Shown one piece after another: positions 46,774 to 57,288 of a stretch of 64,000 nucleotides of DNA. This stretch comes from an uncultured Anaerolineae bacterium (GTDB lineage: Bacteria; Chloroflexota; Anaerolineae; JAFGEY01). Position 1 is the stretch's first letter, and every line of letters starts with the position of its first letter. Under the pieces are notes generated by a model. That model searched no databases. It had not been told where the DNA came from and saw nothing but the letters and a program-made list of their open reading frames with translations. Both the position numbers and the translations under genes were made by a program. The DNA is taken from contig CAYVBK010000015.1 of NCBI GenBank assembly GCA_964449465.1, positions 1 through 64,000 of the forward strand, given 5' to 3'.

Positions 46774-47763
46774 ATGAATTTGCCCTATACCCTCTCTGAA
46801 CAAGAAACATTTATGCGTCACGCTCTCGACGAGGCGCGGCTGGCCTTGCAAGAGGGCAATTTGCCCATCGGCGCGGTCATTGTGCGCGACGGCCAGATCG
46901 TCGCCCGCGGGCGCAATCACCTCTACTGCGACGGCGACCAGCCGGCCCATTTTTTGCGTCACGCCGAAACCGAGGCCATTGGTCAACTGGCACGCCGGTT
47001 CGACCGCCGTACCGAGCCGGCGGCTATTTTCACCACCGTCGAGCCATGCTGGATGTGCTATGGCACCATTCTAGTAGCCAACATTTCGCACATTTATTTT
47101 GCCGCTCCAGATGTCCACTTTGGTGCCGGCCAGATCCACCATGTTGGCCAATATGACCGCACGCGCATCCTCACCTATCAAGGCGGGGTGTTGGAACAAG
47201 AATCGTTTGCGCTGCTTTATGCTCACTCAGACTGGCACGCCCGGCTCTTGTTTGGCCCTCGTTTTGAAGAGATGATCAACCAGACGCCTGCCCTACACGA
47301 CAACCGAACCCATCTTGTCGCCGCCTGCGGCCTCTATTGTGGAGCGTGCTATCATTATCGCGCCTCGTTCCCCGACGGACAGCATTTGCTGCGGCCCGAG
47401 TTTCGCGGCGACCGTCCGCTGGAAGGATTCACCTGCCAGGGCTGCCGCTCCGACCGGCTGTACATTCACCCCGGCTGCGCCGACTGCGCCATCCGCCGCT
47501 GCGCCGACCAAAAAGGCATCGCCCATTGCGGTCAATGCGCCGGGTTGCCCTGCGAGCGGCTGCTGGCCTTTCAAAATGACGGACACCTCCACCATCTGCC
47601 CATCCTGGAACAGCTTGAGGATGTCCAACGTCAAGGGGCAGAGCAATGGCTGATCGATCAAGCGGCCCGCTGGACCTGCTCTTGCGGCCAGCCGTTTAGC
47701 TGGTACGAGACAACCTGCACCCAATGCGACTCGCCGCTCGACGGATTCCAACATCACCCATAA
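46774..47763 (+). CDS. Fusion protein with an N-terminal tRNA/cytidine deaminase-like domain (TadA family) and a C-terminal Cys-rich DUF3795-like domain.
   Basis: Deaminase motifs HAE(TEAI) and PCWMC. The C-terminal half has many CxxC pairs (CGLYCGACYHY..CQGCRSD..CADCAIRRC..CGQCAGLPC..). Confidence 0.65.
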   Translation: MNLPYTLSEQETFMRHALDEARLALQEGNLPIGAVIVRDGQIVARGRNHLYCDGDQPAHFLRHAETEAIGQLARRFDRRTEPAAIFTTVEPCWMCYGTILVANISHIYFAAPDVHFGAGQIHHVGQYDRTRILTYQGGVLEQESFALLYAHSDWHARLLFGPRFEEMINQTPALHDNRTHLVAACGLYCGACYHYRASFPDGQHLLRPEFRGDRPLEGFTCQGCRSDRLYIHPGCADCAIRRCADQKGIAHCGQCAGLPCERLLAFQNDGHLHHLPILEQLEDVQRQGAEQWLIDQAARWTCSCGQPFSWYETTCTQCDSPLDGFQHHP

Positions 47764-47809
47764 CCCTTATTCCTTATTCCTTATTCCTTATCCTATCAAG
47801 GAACATCTT

Positions 47810-49150
47810 ATGGAACTCTTGTGCATCACCAATCCATTCATCCCGGCCACTCACCAACGACACCTGGTCTATGTCCTGGCCCTGGTTCGGCCCGACGCAG
47901 AGCAGGCTGCCCCACCCGCCCCGCTCAACCTGGGGCTGGTGGTAGACGCCAGCCGCTCGATGCTGATCCCCATTCTGGGTGACCGCGAGTTTCAAGAACT
48001 CAAGCGCAAAGGTATGGCCAGGCAAGTTACGGTAGATGGCGTGCAGGTGTGGCAGGTCGAGGTGCCCAAAAGCGTGCATATTGACGCCCCTAGCAATATG
48101 GACTTTACCAAAAAAGCTCTGGCCCTCATCGCCGATATGCTACGTCACCAGGATCGCTTTTCGCTGGTAGCTTTTGCCCAAGACGCCCTGCTGATGGTGA
48201 GCAGCACGCCCGGCAGCGAGCGAGCCCGCCTCACCCAATCCATCGCCCGCCTGGATCAGATCAACCTGGGTGATGATACATTTATGGCTCGCGGTATGGA
48301 AAAAGGGTTGGAGCAAATGCGCGCCGGCCTTTCGCCCGACCGGGCCAACCGTATGATTGTGCTAACTGATGGCTATACGCAGGAAACAAGCCGCTGTTAT
48401 GAGTGGGCCCGGCAGGCCAAAAAACTCGGTATCGTCATCAGCACGGTGGCCCTGGGCCTGGATTTTAACGAGGACCTGATGATCTCGCTGGCCGATGTGT
48501 CGGGCGGACACGCGCACATGATCACCGATCCGCGCGAAATTCCGCCCGTTCTAAGCCAGGAATTGGTGCGCGCGCAATCGGTCACCTGGCGCGACCTGAC
48601 CCTCTCGCTGAGCATGCCGGCCGACATGACCCTGCGCCGCGCTCATCGCATCCAGCCCGACATGGCCGAACTCCAGGCTGCCGAGGGGGAAACGGTTGCC
48701 CGCACCCTGTCACTGGGCGACCTGGAGGCGGGTCAGCCGCCGGCAGTGCTGCTGGAACTGGTAGCCCCCCCCCGCCCGGCCGGCACGTTTCGGCTGGCGC
48801 AGGCGCAGCTCACGGCACGCAGCGCGCAGGGCCAAACCAACCTGAGCCAAGATATTGTGGTGCGCTATACCGAAACGCCCAGCCAGAGCAGCCAGACCGA
48901 CCCACAATTGATGGATGCGGTGCAAAAGGTCAGTGTGTTCAAGCTGCACAACCAAGCCATACAAGATGCCGAGCGCGGCAACACGGCCGGGGCCACCAAA
49001 AGGCTACGCCTGGCCGGTGAGCGGCTGATCGAGATGGGGCAGGAAAATCTGGGGCAGAGCATGATTGTCGAAGCCGAGTTGATGGAAAAAGAGGGGCGCG
49101 GTTCGACCGAAGGTACCAAAAAGCTGCGTTATGGTGCCCGCAAAATCTGA
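47810..49150 (+). CDS. von Willebrand factor A domain protein, likely a MoxR partner.
   Basis: VWA core LGLVVDASRSM...LVAF...MIVLTDGYT, with a long C-terminal extension. Confidence 0.8.
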   Translation: MELLCITNPFIPATHQRHLVYVLALVRPDAEQAAPPAPLNLGLVVDASRSMLIPILGDREFQELKRKGMARQVTVDGVQVWQVEVPKSVHIDAPSNMDFTKKALALIADMLRHQDRFSLVAFAQDALLMVSSTPGSERARLTQSIARLDQINLGDDTFMARGMEKGLEQMRAGLSPDRANRMIVLTDGYTQETSRCYEWARQAKKLGIVISTVALGLDFNEDLMISLADVSGGHAHMITDPREIPPVLSQELVRAQSVTWRDLTLSLSMPADMTLRRAHRIQPDMAELQAAEGETVARTLSLGDLEAGQPPAVLLELVAPPRPAGTFRLAQAQLTARSAQGQTNLSQDIVVRYTETPSQSSQTDPQLMDAVQKVSVFKLHNQAIQDAERGNTAGATKRLRLAGERLIEMGQENLGQSMIVEAELMEKEGRGSTEGTKKLRYGARKI

Positions 49151-49362
49151 TTCCAGAGGCTGCTGAAAGAGGCTATTTTCATCACTGAGGCACCGAGACG
49201 CCGGGTTTTGACGTGATCCAAGAAATCCTGTAATACTTGCGAGCAAAATGATCTCTGGCGTGGGATCGAGCGTTTTCAGCCGCTCCAGCAACTCGAGGGG
49301 CAAATGGTTAATAGAGATGCAGGTGATGGGGTGGACGGGGCAACAAAAATGCACAGACTCGT

Positions 49363-49839
49363 CTATTCAAGCATCTGGGGTATCCATCGTCGCCGGTAGA
49401 TAAGGATAGTCTTACCCGATTGATCGAACAGATCAAGTTCGACCAGACTGACTCGATAGGCAACGACATTGCTCAAAGCTTCCAAATACAGTTCTTCCTG
49501 TGTCATCAAATCAGGATTTGCACAAGCTAAATCAGTGGTATCAATTTTCTTTTTCCAGTCTGCAACACCCTTTTTGAAATAATCAAATGCAGCACCATAT
49601 CGGTTGCAAGTTGTCCAGCCCAAAAACTTGTGAGAATGAAAACGCAGTGTAATAAAAGAGCCTTCAATCAAATCCTGGTCGCGCAGTGAAACGAGTTCCC
49701 ACCCGCCTACGAGTAACACGGGATCGATTTGTTTGCTGAAATAACAAATAGTCCAAGATATGAGTGCAATAGCCAAGACTATGATGATGCCAATGCAAAC
49801 GACACGACTTGGGTATTTCGACACATTCTTTTTCGACAT
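49363..49839 (-). CDS. META (HslJ-like) domain protein, membrane-anchored. Lies in a lower-GC islet.
   Basis: N-terminal TM VVCIGIIIVLAIALISW. Motifs ..GWTTCNRYGAAFDY.. and ..LACANP... AT-richer than its surroundings. Confidence 0.55.
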   Translation of the reverse strand: MSKKNVSKYPSRVVCIGIIIVLAIALISWTICYFSKQIDPVLLVGGWELVSLRDQDLIEGSFITLRFHSHKFLGWTTCNRYGAAFDYFKKGVADWKKKIDTTDLACANPDLMTQEELYLEALSNVVAYRVSLVELDLFDQSGKTILIYRRRWIPQMLE

Positions 49840-49844
49840 GGCTA

Positions 49845-51019
49845 TCACCAGGTTCGCACGATCAAATAATGGTCGTTGATATAATTGATAGCCATGTAAT
49901 AAGCATCATTTCCCGATCCGCCATGATGAATTCCATAAGCCGTATAGGATTTGTACCATGGACATCCACTATCACCACCTGACGAGAGATCAACACCATC
50001 ACGATGTACTTGAATAAAAGTTGCTTCGTAATAACCAGATGGTCGAACTGTTTTGCTGGTAATGTAACCACATGTAAATTGGGTGCTGGCACCGTATTTA
50101 CAAACAAACTCGCCTATTTGTTGAGAATTTCTATCTTTTGTTCCGGTAATAGGTCGAGTGCCATTATTATCTCTTACTGAGGCTTGGGGGATATAACCGG
50201 GCGTTGCATGCCATTGAAAATCATAATATGCTGAATCTTGACCGCCTCTTCGCGGAAAAAAAGTGCCATTGTAATACATGTACGGGCCGGCATGCCCGGT
50301 GGTCAGTATTCCTACCTCTCCAGTATTCACATTCTGCACCGAAAAACCGGTTGTGGCCAGGTATGCATCACTTCCTATGTAAAAGTCACACCAAGCCCAC
50401 CATAAATATCTGCCTCTGGCTCGACAAGTTGATCCACTTGGAAAATTCGGACACGTTCTGGTAGCTTTACTTTTGCTTCTTGCAGAATTGCATCAACCAG
50501 GGCTTGATCGGTAACATAAAACTCTGCATAACTTTCAAGAATATTGATGTCAGAATAAAACTTGATACCCAGTTCTCGCCAGATATTGGCCATTTTGTCT
50601 TCAATACTCTGTAATTCAACAAGGGCAACGGGTACAGAATAAATCTGGACAAGATGGGACCAAGACTGATTATTGACATAAGACTGGACAGTTTCTTCTC
50701 CATCGGATGTACAAGCTATAACGATGCGAAATGTAGGTTGGTGCTGAAACCAGAGACCACCAAAAGTCTCTTCTTCCTTTGTAGACAGTTCTTTTTCGAG
50801 ATAGTCAATACCAATGTCATCCATCAGATCAAAGCGATAAGCAGCTTGATCCAAACCGATATGATTATCTCTGGCGTACTCGTGTATTTCAGCAAGTAAT
50901 GAGACATCCGCAAAATCAGAGGCGGATACGTGTTGTATCCCGACCGGTCGCGCAAAAGAAACAGCAATCAAACCAATGACAAACACGCCTGACAAAATTT
51001 GCAATATTTTTCTGTTCAT
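49845..51019 (-). pseudogene. S1-family (alpha-lytic protease/streptogrisin-like) secreted serine protease, apparently split by a frameshift between the propeptide and the catalytic domain.
   Basis: ORF 50375..51019 carries a signal peptide and pro-region and ends ..EADIYGGLGVTFT*. The catalytic part continues in another frame (..TTGFSVQNVNTGEVGILTTGHAG ... GDSGCPWY) as ORF 49845..50339. Both frames are open across ~50340..50400. This could be a real pseudogene or a sequencing error. Confidence 0.5.
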
Positions 51020-51113
51020 TTTTCATCTCCTTTATCGAGCAATTCACCAGAATCTCCAGAAACAGTACATCCAGGATACCACATTCTGCGCGCCTTGTCT
51101 TGAGTAAAATTAC

Positions 51114-51716
51114 TCATTTTGGGGCGACACTCGGGCAATGATGCCACTTGATCGCCGCCTGCACCCGGCTTTCCACCCCCATCTTGCTCAAAATGTTGCT
51201 GACATGGTTGCTGATTGTCCGCGCACTGACACCCAACACATCCGCAATCTCGCTATCCTTCTTGCCTTCGGCCAGCAGGCCCAACACCTGACGCTCGCGC
51301 GGTGTCAACGCGCACAATACTTTTGCCTCCTCTAGCCGCGCCTGCCGCGCCGCCCAGGCCTTGCCAACCACCTGGCGCATCTGGTTGATGCAGATAGGTT
51401 TGGTCAAATAGTCGGTCGCGCCTCGTTTCATGGCTTCCACTGCCTGCGCAACCGTCGCGTACGCAGTGATCAAAACAATCTCCGGCGCGGGATCCAGCGT
51501 TTTCAGCCGATCCAGCAACTCGAGCCCCGACAGCCCCGACATCACCACGTCCAGCAAGGCGATGGCAACCTCGCCAGATTGGGCCAGCGTCCAGGCTGTC
51601 TCGCCATCGCCAGCGATCAGCACCTCAAAGCCATCATAGGTCAGGCAGCCCGACAAAATATCGCACATATCCTGGTCGTCGTCGGCGACCAGGACGCGCG
51701 GCGCGCCACACTCCAT
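51114..51716 (-). CDS. NarL/LuxR-family response regulator (receiver + LuxR HTH).
   Basis: MECGAPRVLVADDDQDMCDIL..LLDVVMSGLSG..KRGATDYLTKP receiver. HTH LTPRERQVLGLLAEGKKDSEIADVLGVSARTISNHVSNILSKMG. The receiver is ~70% identical to the OmpR-type copies. Confidence 0.85.
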   Translation of the reverse strand: MECGAPRVLVADDDQDMCDILSGCLTYDGFEVLIAGDGETAWTLAQSGEVAIALLDVVMSGLSGLELLDRLKTLDPAPEIVLITAYATVAQAVEAMKRGATDYLTKPICINQMRQVVGKAWAARQARLEEAKVLCALTPRERQVLGLLAEGKKDSEIADVLGVSARTISNHVSNILSKMGVESRVQAAIKWHHCPSVAPK

Positions 51717-51754
51717 TCTCCACCTCCGTTAGAAAATGATGGTAGACAGGCTTG

Positions 51755-51782
51755 ATTATATGCAGAGGAGGGAGAAGGGCAA
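51755..51782 (-). promoter_or_regulatory. Sigma70-like promoter of the NarL-type regulator, homologous to the promoters of the OmpR-type copies.
   Basis: Minus strand reads TTGCCCTTCTCCCTCCTCTGCATATAAT. Confidence 0.4.
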
Positions 51783-51888
51783 ACGGTTGGGTAGAGGAGG
51801 CAGCGGCAGAGGGGGTAGAACGGCGGTAAAACATTCGCGCCGATACCGGCATTGGTACGCTGGTATCGGCGCGAGGAAAGGGGTAGAA

Positions 51889-52473
51889 TTATTGAGAGAA
51901 CGATTTGACCGGCAGCGCCTCGACAAGTTGCTCAAAAGAAGACAAGGTCTCGGGGGACAGCGGGCCGTTGACCATCAATAAAATCAACACATTATCTTGA
52001 ACGCCGCAGTACCAATACAGGCCATCCCCGCTCGATCCGGTCAGCAAGACGGCCTGCCCGCCGGGAACCTGGGATAGCAGCTTGCTCTGATGCTCGGCTG
52101 CTGCGTCGAGAAAGGCCTGCGCAGCGGCCTGAGCTTGAGATGAATCTATATAGCGATAGAGATAATTTCCAACATAGACACCCCGTTTCTGATCGAATCC
52201 CTGCACACGATAGGCCTCGCGATAGCTCAATACAACTCCATCCGCTTGCCTGGATAGCTCAGCAGCACTGCGATTTAACGGCTGCTCCAAATCATCTGCG
52301 CTAATGGGGCCAATCTGTAGCAATTCAGGCGTGTCGGTCAGAATGGTCGGTTGAATCGCCAGATCGGACAGCGCGATCTCAAGGCGAGCCTGCACCGGCA
52401 CACAAGCTGTCAATGCGCCCGAAACCAGCGTCAAGAGGATCATAAAAAGATTGAACTGACCTGATAGTTTCAT
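51889..52473 (-). CDS. Hypothetical lipoprotein.
   Basis: SD AAAGGAG before the ATG at 52473. Lipobox LVSGALTAC. Confidence 0.5.
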   Translation of the reverse strand: MKLSGQFNLFMILLTLVSGALTACVPVQARLEIALSDLAIQPTILTDTPELLQIGPISADDLEQPLNRSAAELSRQADGVVLSYREAYRVQGFDQKRGVYVGNYLYRYIDSSQAQAAAQAFLDAAAEHQSKLLSQVPGGQAVLLTGSSGDGLYWYCGVQDNVLILLMVNGPLSPETLSSFEQLVEALPVKSFSQ

Positions 52474-52519
52474 ACCGGACTCCTTTCTATCTCTGATATA
52501 CCTGGAATAACAGACAAGA

Positions 52520-52900
52520 TCAATTGATCCAGATTTCGGCCTGATAGTTGTAGGCCTTCCAACGATCTCCTATCCATGGCACCTGAGCGAGAAGCCAGTT
52601 TCCTTTTGGCACCAAGAGAACGCTATTGTTGTCTAGCCAGTTCCAGTTTGCGATACACCCTGCGCTGGAACCACAAGTTGCTGTGTTACCACCTGATCCC
52701 AAAAAGGTTATACTGCTGACATAACTGCCTGCAAAATACGCGCCATAATGCGGTTCGTACCAGGGATCCCAATGATGTACCTTGAAATCGTTGGCGGTAG
52801 CCGTAGCATACCAGGCCCGAGTTGGAACAACTGTCAGAACCATTCCTATTGCTGCTACGACCAGCACCACACATAACTGCCCATTACGTTTACCTGGCAT
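52520..52900 (-). CDS. Hypothetical small secreted protein, 126 aa.
   Basis: ATG at 52900 follows SD AGGAGA. Signal peptide LCVVLVVAAIGMVLTVVPTRA. W/Y/G-rich. Confidence 0.45.
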   Translation of the reverse strand: MPGKRNGQLCVVLVVAAIGMVLTVVPTRAWYATATANDFKVHHWDPWYEPHYGAYFAGSYVSSITFLGSGGNTATCGSSAGCIANWNWLDNNSVLLVPKGNWLLAQVPWIGDRWKAYNYQAEIWIN

Positions 52901-52955
52901 AGCTAATCTCCTGTTTGGACAACGCACCGGTCCTTCCGGCGACGACGTTCTCATA

Positions 52956-53052
52956 ATACCACATTTTGCGCGCTTTGTCTTGAGTAAAATTACTCATTTT
53001 GGGGCGACACTCGGGCAATGACGCCACTTGATCGCCGCCTGCTGCCGGTTTC
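52956..53052. repeat. About 95 bp remnant that duplicates the 3' end and downstream flank of the NarL-type regulator gene (51076..51172).
   Basis: Near-identical to ataccacattYtgcgcgcYttgtcttgagtaaaattactcattttggggcgacactcgggcaatgaYgccacttgatcgccgcctgc. Covers the last ~58 nt of the regulator CDS plus 38 nt of its 3' flank. Confidence 0.6.
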
Positions 53053-53224
53053 ACTCCCGGCAGCATTTCGATCCAGATCATTTCTGGGCAGGGGCCTGTT
53101 GCATGATCAAAAAATCGAGATACCGCCGACGAGACGGTATCTCGATTTTTTTAGAGGCCATTTTGGGACAGAATGCCGCCCTAACAATCCGACAAGGAGC
53201 AACAATTTCCAGGCCGATTCTGAA

Positions 53225-54349
53225 TCAGGCTTCGTCCAGCAGCCCTTCACGCAGCCCCAAAGGCAGCAGGGCCGGGCGCTCGCATGTGCTAGACAATTCA
53301 ACGTGCTGACCGCCGGTCGAAGCGTCGTGGATGGCGTGCATAATGTCCAGAACGTGATAGGTCAGGGCTTCGTTGGCGCGATGACGGCGCGTCTTGCCTT
53401 GCTGCATGGCCCGGAGAGTATAGGCCATATCGGCCAGGCCGAGGCCGCGGCTGTTTTCGGCATAGCCAAAGGCCAACGGTACCTCGCTCCACTCTTTGGC
53501 TCCGGAGCGGCGCAGCAGCACCGGCCCACCAAACGTGTTGGGGTCTGGCACCGAGAGCGATCCTTCGCTGCCGTAAATTTCGATGCGCGGCAGGTTGGCC
53601 GCCCACACATCAAAACTGGTGACGATGGTGGCAATGGCGCCGCCGGCAAAATCCAACACGCCAGCCACATGGGTCGGCACATCTACGATGATTTGGGTGC
53701 CATACTTGGGCTGGCTGGTGATCGTCCGCTCGGCAAAGGTGACGCGGGCCGAGCCAGTGACGCGGCGCACCGGGCCCATCAAATTGACCAGGGCGGTGAG
53801 ATAGTAGGGGCCCATATCAAACATGGGGCCGCCGCCGACCTTGTAGTAAAATTCGGGGTCGGGGTGCCAGCTCTCGTGACCGTGACAGGTCATAAAGGCA
53901 GTGGCCGCCACCGGCTGGCCGATCCAGCCGTCATCAATGAGCTTGCGGCAGGTCTGGATGCCGCCGCCGAGAAAGGTGTCGGGCGCGCCGCCCACCAGCA
54001 GCCCCTTTTCCCGAGCCATCTGGAGCAGCTTTTGGCCATCTTGCCGGGTGATGGTGAGCGGTTTTTCATTGTACACGCTCTTGCCGGCTTGCAAGGCCTT
54101 TATCGCCACCCCGGCATGGGCAATGGGGATGGTGATGTTGAGAACCATGTCAATGTCGGGATCGGCCAACAGTTCATCTACCGAGCAGGCTTTTGGCACG
54201 CCAAACTCGGCGGCGCGGGCCTGGGCGCGTTCGGGGATGAGGTCGGCGCAGGCTACAATGTCAAGGATGTCGAATTTCTTGCCGGCCTTGAAATAGATGG
54301 GGCTGATGTTGCCGCAGCCCACCACACCGATTTTCACTTTTTGCACCAT
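53225..54349 (-). CDS. Gfo/Idh/MocA-family NAD(P)-dependent oxidoreductase.
   Basis: N-terminal Rossmann motif [11 protein letters not shown]. Family-typical ..EKPLT.. motif. SD AAAGGAGAAAA. Confidence 0.85.
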   Translation of the reverse strand: MVQKVKIGVVGCGNISPIYFKAGKKFDILDIVACADLIPERAQARAAEFGVPKACSVDELLADPDIDMVLNITIPIAHAGVAIKALQAGKSVYNEKPLTITRQDGQKLLQMAREKGLLVGGAPDTFLGGGIQTCRKLIDDGWIGQPVAATAFMTCHGHESWHPDPEFYYKVGGGPMFDMGPYYLTALVNLMGPVRRVTGSARVTFAERTITSQPKYGTQIIVDVPTHVAGVLDFAGGAIATIVTSFDVWAANLPRIEIYGSEGSLSVPDPNTFGGPVLLRRSGAKEWSEVPLAFGYAENSRGLGLADMAYTLRAMQQGKTRRHRANEALTYHVLDIMHAIHDASTGGQHVELSSTCERPALLPLGLREGLLDEA

Positions 54350-54421
54350 AGTTTTTCTCCTTTGAAAAAACGCAGCGGTTGAATTCAGGTCTTTAGATAT
54401 TTTGCGTTGGCGATCCCCGGT

Positions 54422-55000
54422 TCAGGATCGCTTCATCAACTTCCAACCGGCAGGCAGCACGGCAGCAGCCAGGGCAATCTTGAGCAGGTCGCCGGCCACA
54501 AAAGGCAGCAGTCCCAGTGTGAGGGCAACGCCGCCGACATACAGGCTCAGCCAGGCCAGGCCCAGAGCATAGATGACGACGTTGCCGATCAACATGGCCA
54601 GAGCCGCCGAGAAAACATGGCGATCCCAGCCATACTCGGCCAGCCGACCGGTGGCCCAGGCGGCGGCAACAAAGCCGATCAAATAGCCACCGGTAGGCCC
54701 CAGCAAATAGGCCAGGCCCGATGCACCGCCGGCGAACACGGGCAGCCCGGCCAGGCCTTGGGCGATATAGGCCAGCACGGTCAGCGCAGCGCGGCGACGG
54801 CCCAGCAGCGCACCGAGCAGCAGCACAACCAGGGTTTGCGCCGTGATCGGCACTGGGCTAAAGGGCAGGCGCACGGCGATCTGGGCAGACAGGGCGATGA
54901 GCAGGCTGCCGCCGACAATGAGCAGGGCATCGTAGGCCAAAGCAGCGCGTTTAGCAGCGGGGCGAAGCATGTCGGCATAGGTTGTTGCTTGAACGTTCAT
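54422..55000 (-). CDS. bioY: BioY-family biotin transporter (ECF S component).
   Basis: ATG at 55000 follows SD GGAGAAAAC. Polytopic membrane protein with BioY-like ..PITAQTLVVLLLGALLG.. and ..LGPTGGYLIGF... Confidence 0.75.
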   Translation of the reverse strand: MNVQATTYADMLRPAAKRAALAYDALLIVGGSLLIALSAQIAVRLPFSPVPITAQTLVVLLLGALLGRRRAALTVLAYIAQGLAGLPVFAGGASGLAYLLGPTGGYLIGFVAAAWATGRLAEYGWDRHVFSAALAMLIGNVVIYALGLAWLSLYVGGVALTLGLLPFVAGDLLKIALAAAVLPAGWKLMKRS

Positions 55001-55351
55001 TGTGGTTTTGTTTTCTCCTTGTTTGATAAAATAAAACACTCGACGCAGGCACGCCTCGTCGAGTGCACGGATGGGGATATTTTAGCCCAAGTGAGCAGGA
55101 AAGGCAATTTTGACCATAACCACTCGGCCTACCTTGCAGATCGCGTGATCAGCAAACCGATTTCGACGATAAAAGTCGGTTTCATCAACAAACTTGTGTT
55201 AAGCCTCTGCCAGAATGAGCAGTTACCCTGCCAAAAGATAAACGAACCAAGAGTCATAGTTGAATGAATACTTGCATCGTTTTTTTTTTGAATACAATAA
55301 TATACTAAAAGTCATATTTGCTCTATATCTTGTTAATGAAAGGGTTATAAC

Positions 55352-56230
55352 ATGAGTGAAAAGGTGATTTGTCCTAACTGTGGACATTCCGCTCAAGCAG
55401 GATCCAAGTTTTGTCCTGATTGCGCACATCCACTTGGCCAAACTTTATCTGCTGAGCCATCTGTGTCTGCGCCAAATCAGCCTGCTCAAGCAGCTCTGGC
55501 CAAACCCTCCAAAAAGATTCCGATTTGGTTGATTATCATCGGGATTGTTGTTTTGGGTGGTATCGCTATTTGTTGTATATCAGCTATTCTTTATAAACCT
55601 TCTCCAGAAACAGCAGCAGAATGGACGGTAACTGCTGATGCCAAAAATATTCGAAAAACTGCAACAGCATCGGCTAGAGAAACCGAAACAGCCAGACCAA
55701 CATCGACTCCAACCAACACACCTGCGCCAACCAACACACCTGTGCCAACCAACACACCTGTGCCAACCAACACACCCTTACCTACTGAGACACCTCGTCC
55801 AACTGATACTCCTGCGCCGACGAGTACACCTGGTCCGACTGATACGCCTATGCCAACGAATACACCAACTCCAACAATTACACCTACTCCTGTGCCACTA
55901 GCGCCAACCTGCTCGGAAATGTTCAAAACCAAATCGGGAATGACCGATGTGCAGTGGGATAACTATAAGAAAAATCTAGTTGGCCTATGGGTCGTAGACT
56001 GGAAAGCCAAAGTCCGAGAGGTGGGGGACAAAAGCATACTTGCTGGTGGTTATCCAGTGTATATAGATGTAACCAGTGATTGCAGTCTCTATTATGTTAT
56101 TAAAGATGTAGAAACAGCCCTGAAATTTTCCAAAGGCCAAAGTATTGTTATCACCGGACAGATTAATTCGGTAAATGAATTTTTTGGGATCACGCTTTAT
56201 CTGGAGAACAGTGCTGTCGAGATCAAGTAA
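55352..56230 (+). CDS. Membrane protein with an N-terminal zinc ribbon, one TM segment, a Pro/Thr-rich repetitive linker and a C-terminal globular domain. Low-GC gene.
   Basis: [18 protein letters not shown] zinc ribbon. [25 protein letters not shown]. Linker (PTNTPxPTNT)n encoded by 18 bp tandem repeats at ~55709..55790. Confidence 0.6.
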   Translation: MSEKVICPNCGHSAQAGSKFCPDCAHPLGQTLSAEPSVSAPNQPAQAALAKPSKKIPIWLIIIGIVVLGGIAICCISAILYKPSPETAAEWTVTADAKNIRKTATASARETETARPTSTPTNTPAPTNTPVPTNTPVPTNTPLPTETPRPTDTPAPTSTPGPTDTPMPTNTPTPTITPTPVPLAPTCSEMFKTKSGMTDVQWDNYKKNLVGLWVVDWKAKVREVGDKSILAGGYPVYIDVTSDCSLYYVIKDVETALKFSKGQSIVITGQINSVNEFFGITLYLENSAVEIK

Positions 56231-56268
56231 AATTTGTTTTGCAAGTTGTTGATATTTTGACGCGCCAG

Positions 56269-57276
56269 TCATCTCTTGGATGGCTGGCGCACTGTTTTTA
56301 AAAAATCCACCGTGCGTCGAGTGGCCTCGGCCATGTCAATCTGCGGACGGTAGCCCAGATCGCGTTTGGCCCGCGAAATATCATAAAAGTGATCCAGAGC
56401 CAACTCGCTGGCTAAAAAGCGGGTCAGGCGCGGCTCGCCGGGCAGGTTCAAGACGCGGTAAACCCATTCCATCGCCCCGCCAACCAGCCGGGCCGTCCAC
56501 AACGGCAGGCACAGCCTGGAAGGGGCTATATCAAGCTGGGCAAACAGAGCCTTGAGCCAACTCCACAAATTGACCGGCTCATCCTGGCTGATGAAATAGA
56601 TCGAGCCGGCTGCCGGCCCCCCCGGTCGCAGAGCGTCGGCGGCAAGAAGATGGGCGCGAGCAGCGTCCTCGACATAGGTCATATCCACCCTGTTTTTCCC
56701 CGCCCCCACCTGCGGCAGGCGGCCCGCCCGCGCTGCCGCAACCACGCGAGGCAGCAGATGATGGTCGCGCGGGCCAAAGATCAGGTGTGGGCGGAGCGAA
56801 CAGGTGAGCAAATTGGGTCCGTTGGCCTGAATGACCCTTTGTTCGCCCAGAGCTTTGGTTTCAGAATAGAAATTTTCGTATTTTTGCGGATAAGGATGAG
56901 ATTCATCTATGCCGGCCTGGGCGATGTTGTCAAAGATCACACTGGGCGAGCTGGTGTAGACCAGCCTGGGCACGCCGTTGGCACGGCAGGCGGCAATGAC
57001 ATTTTCGGTGCCGACCACATTGGCTTGATAGTAGGCTGTTCGCCCGCCCCAAAAGCCGGCTCGCGCCGCCACGTGAAACACCACATCCAGGCCGCGACAT
57101 GCCTCTGCCAAAGCCACCGGCTCTTGGAGGTCGCCTTGCACGGTTTTGGCTCCGGCCTGCTCCAGCTCGGGATAAACCGAGCGCGAGAACGAGATCACCT
57201 GGTCGCCTCGCTGTAACAACTGCTCGACGATATAACGGCCCAAAAAGCCACCGCCGCCGGTGACAAGCGTTTTCAT
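56269..57276 (-). CDS. NAD-dependent epimerase/dehydratase (3-beta-hydroxysteroid dehydrogenase/isomerase family).
   Basis: Motif TGGGGFLG. Short-chain dehydrogenase/reductase-extended fold with YxxxK region. SD AAAGGAG. Confidence 0.8.
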   Translation of the reverse strand: MKTLVTGGGGFLGRYIVEQLLQRGDQVISFSRSVYPELEQAGAKTVQGDLQEPVALAEACRGLDVVFHVAARAGFWGGRTAYYQANVVGTENVIAACRANGVPRLVYTSSPSVIFDNIAQAGIDESHPYPQKYENFYSETKALGEQRVIQANGPNLLTCSLRPHLIFGPRDHHLLPRVVAAARAGRLPQVGAGKNRVDMTYVEDAARAHLLAADALRPGGPAAGSIYFISQDEPVNLWSWLKALFAQLDIAPSRLCLPLWTARLVGGAMEWVYRVLNLPGEPRLTRFLASELALDHFYDISRAKRDLGYRPQIDMAEATRRTVDFLKTVRQPSKR

Positions 57277-57288
57277 TGAGAGACTCCT

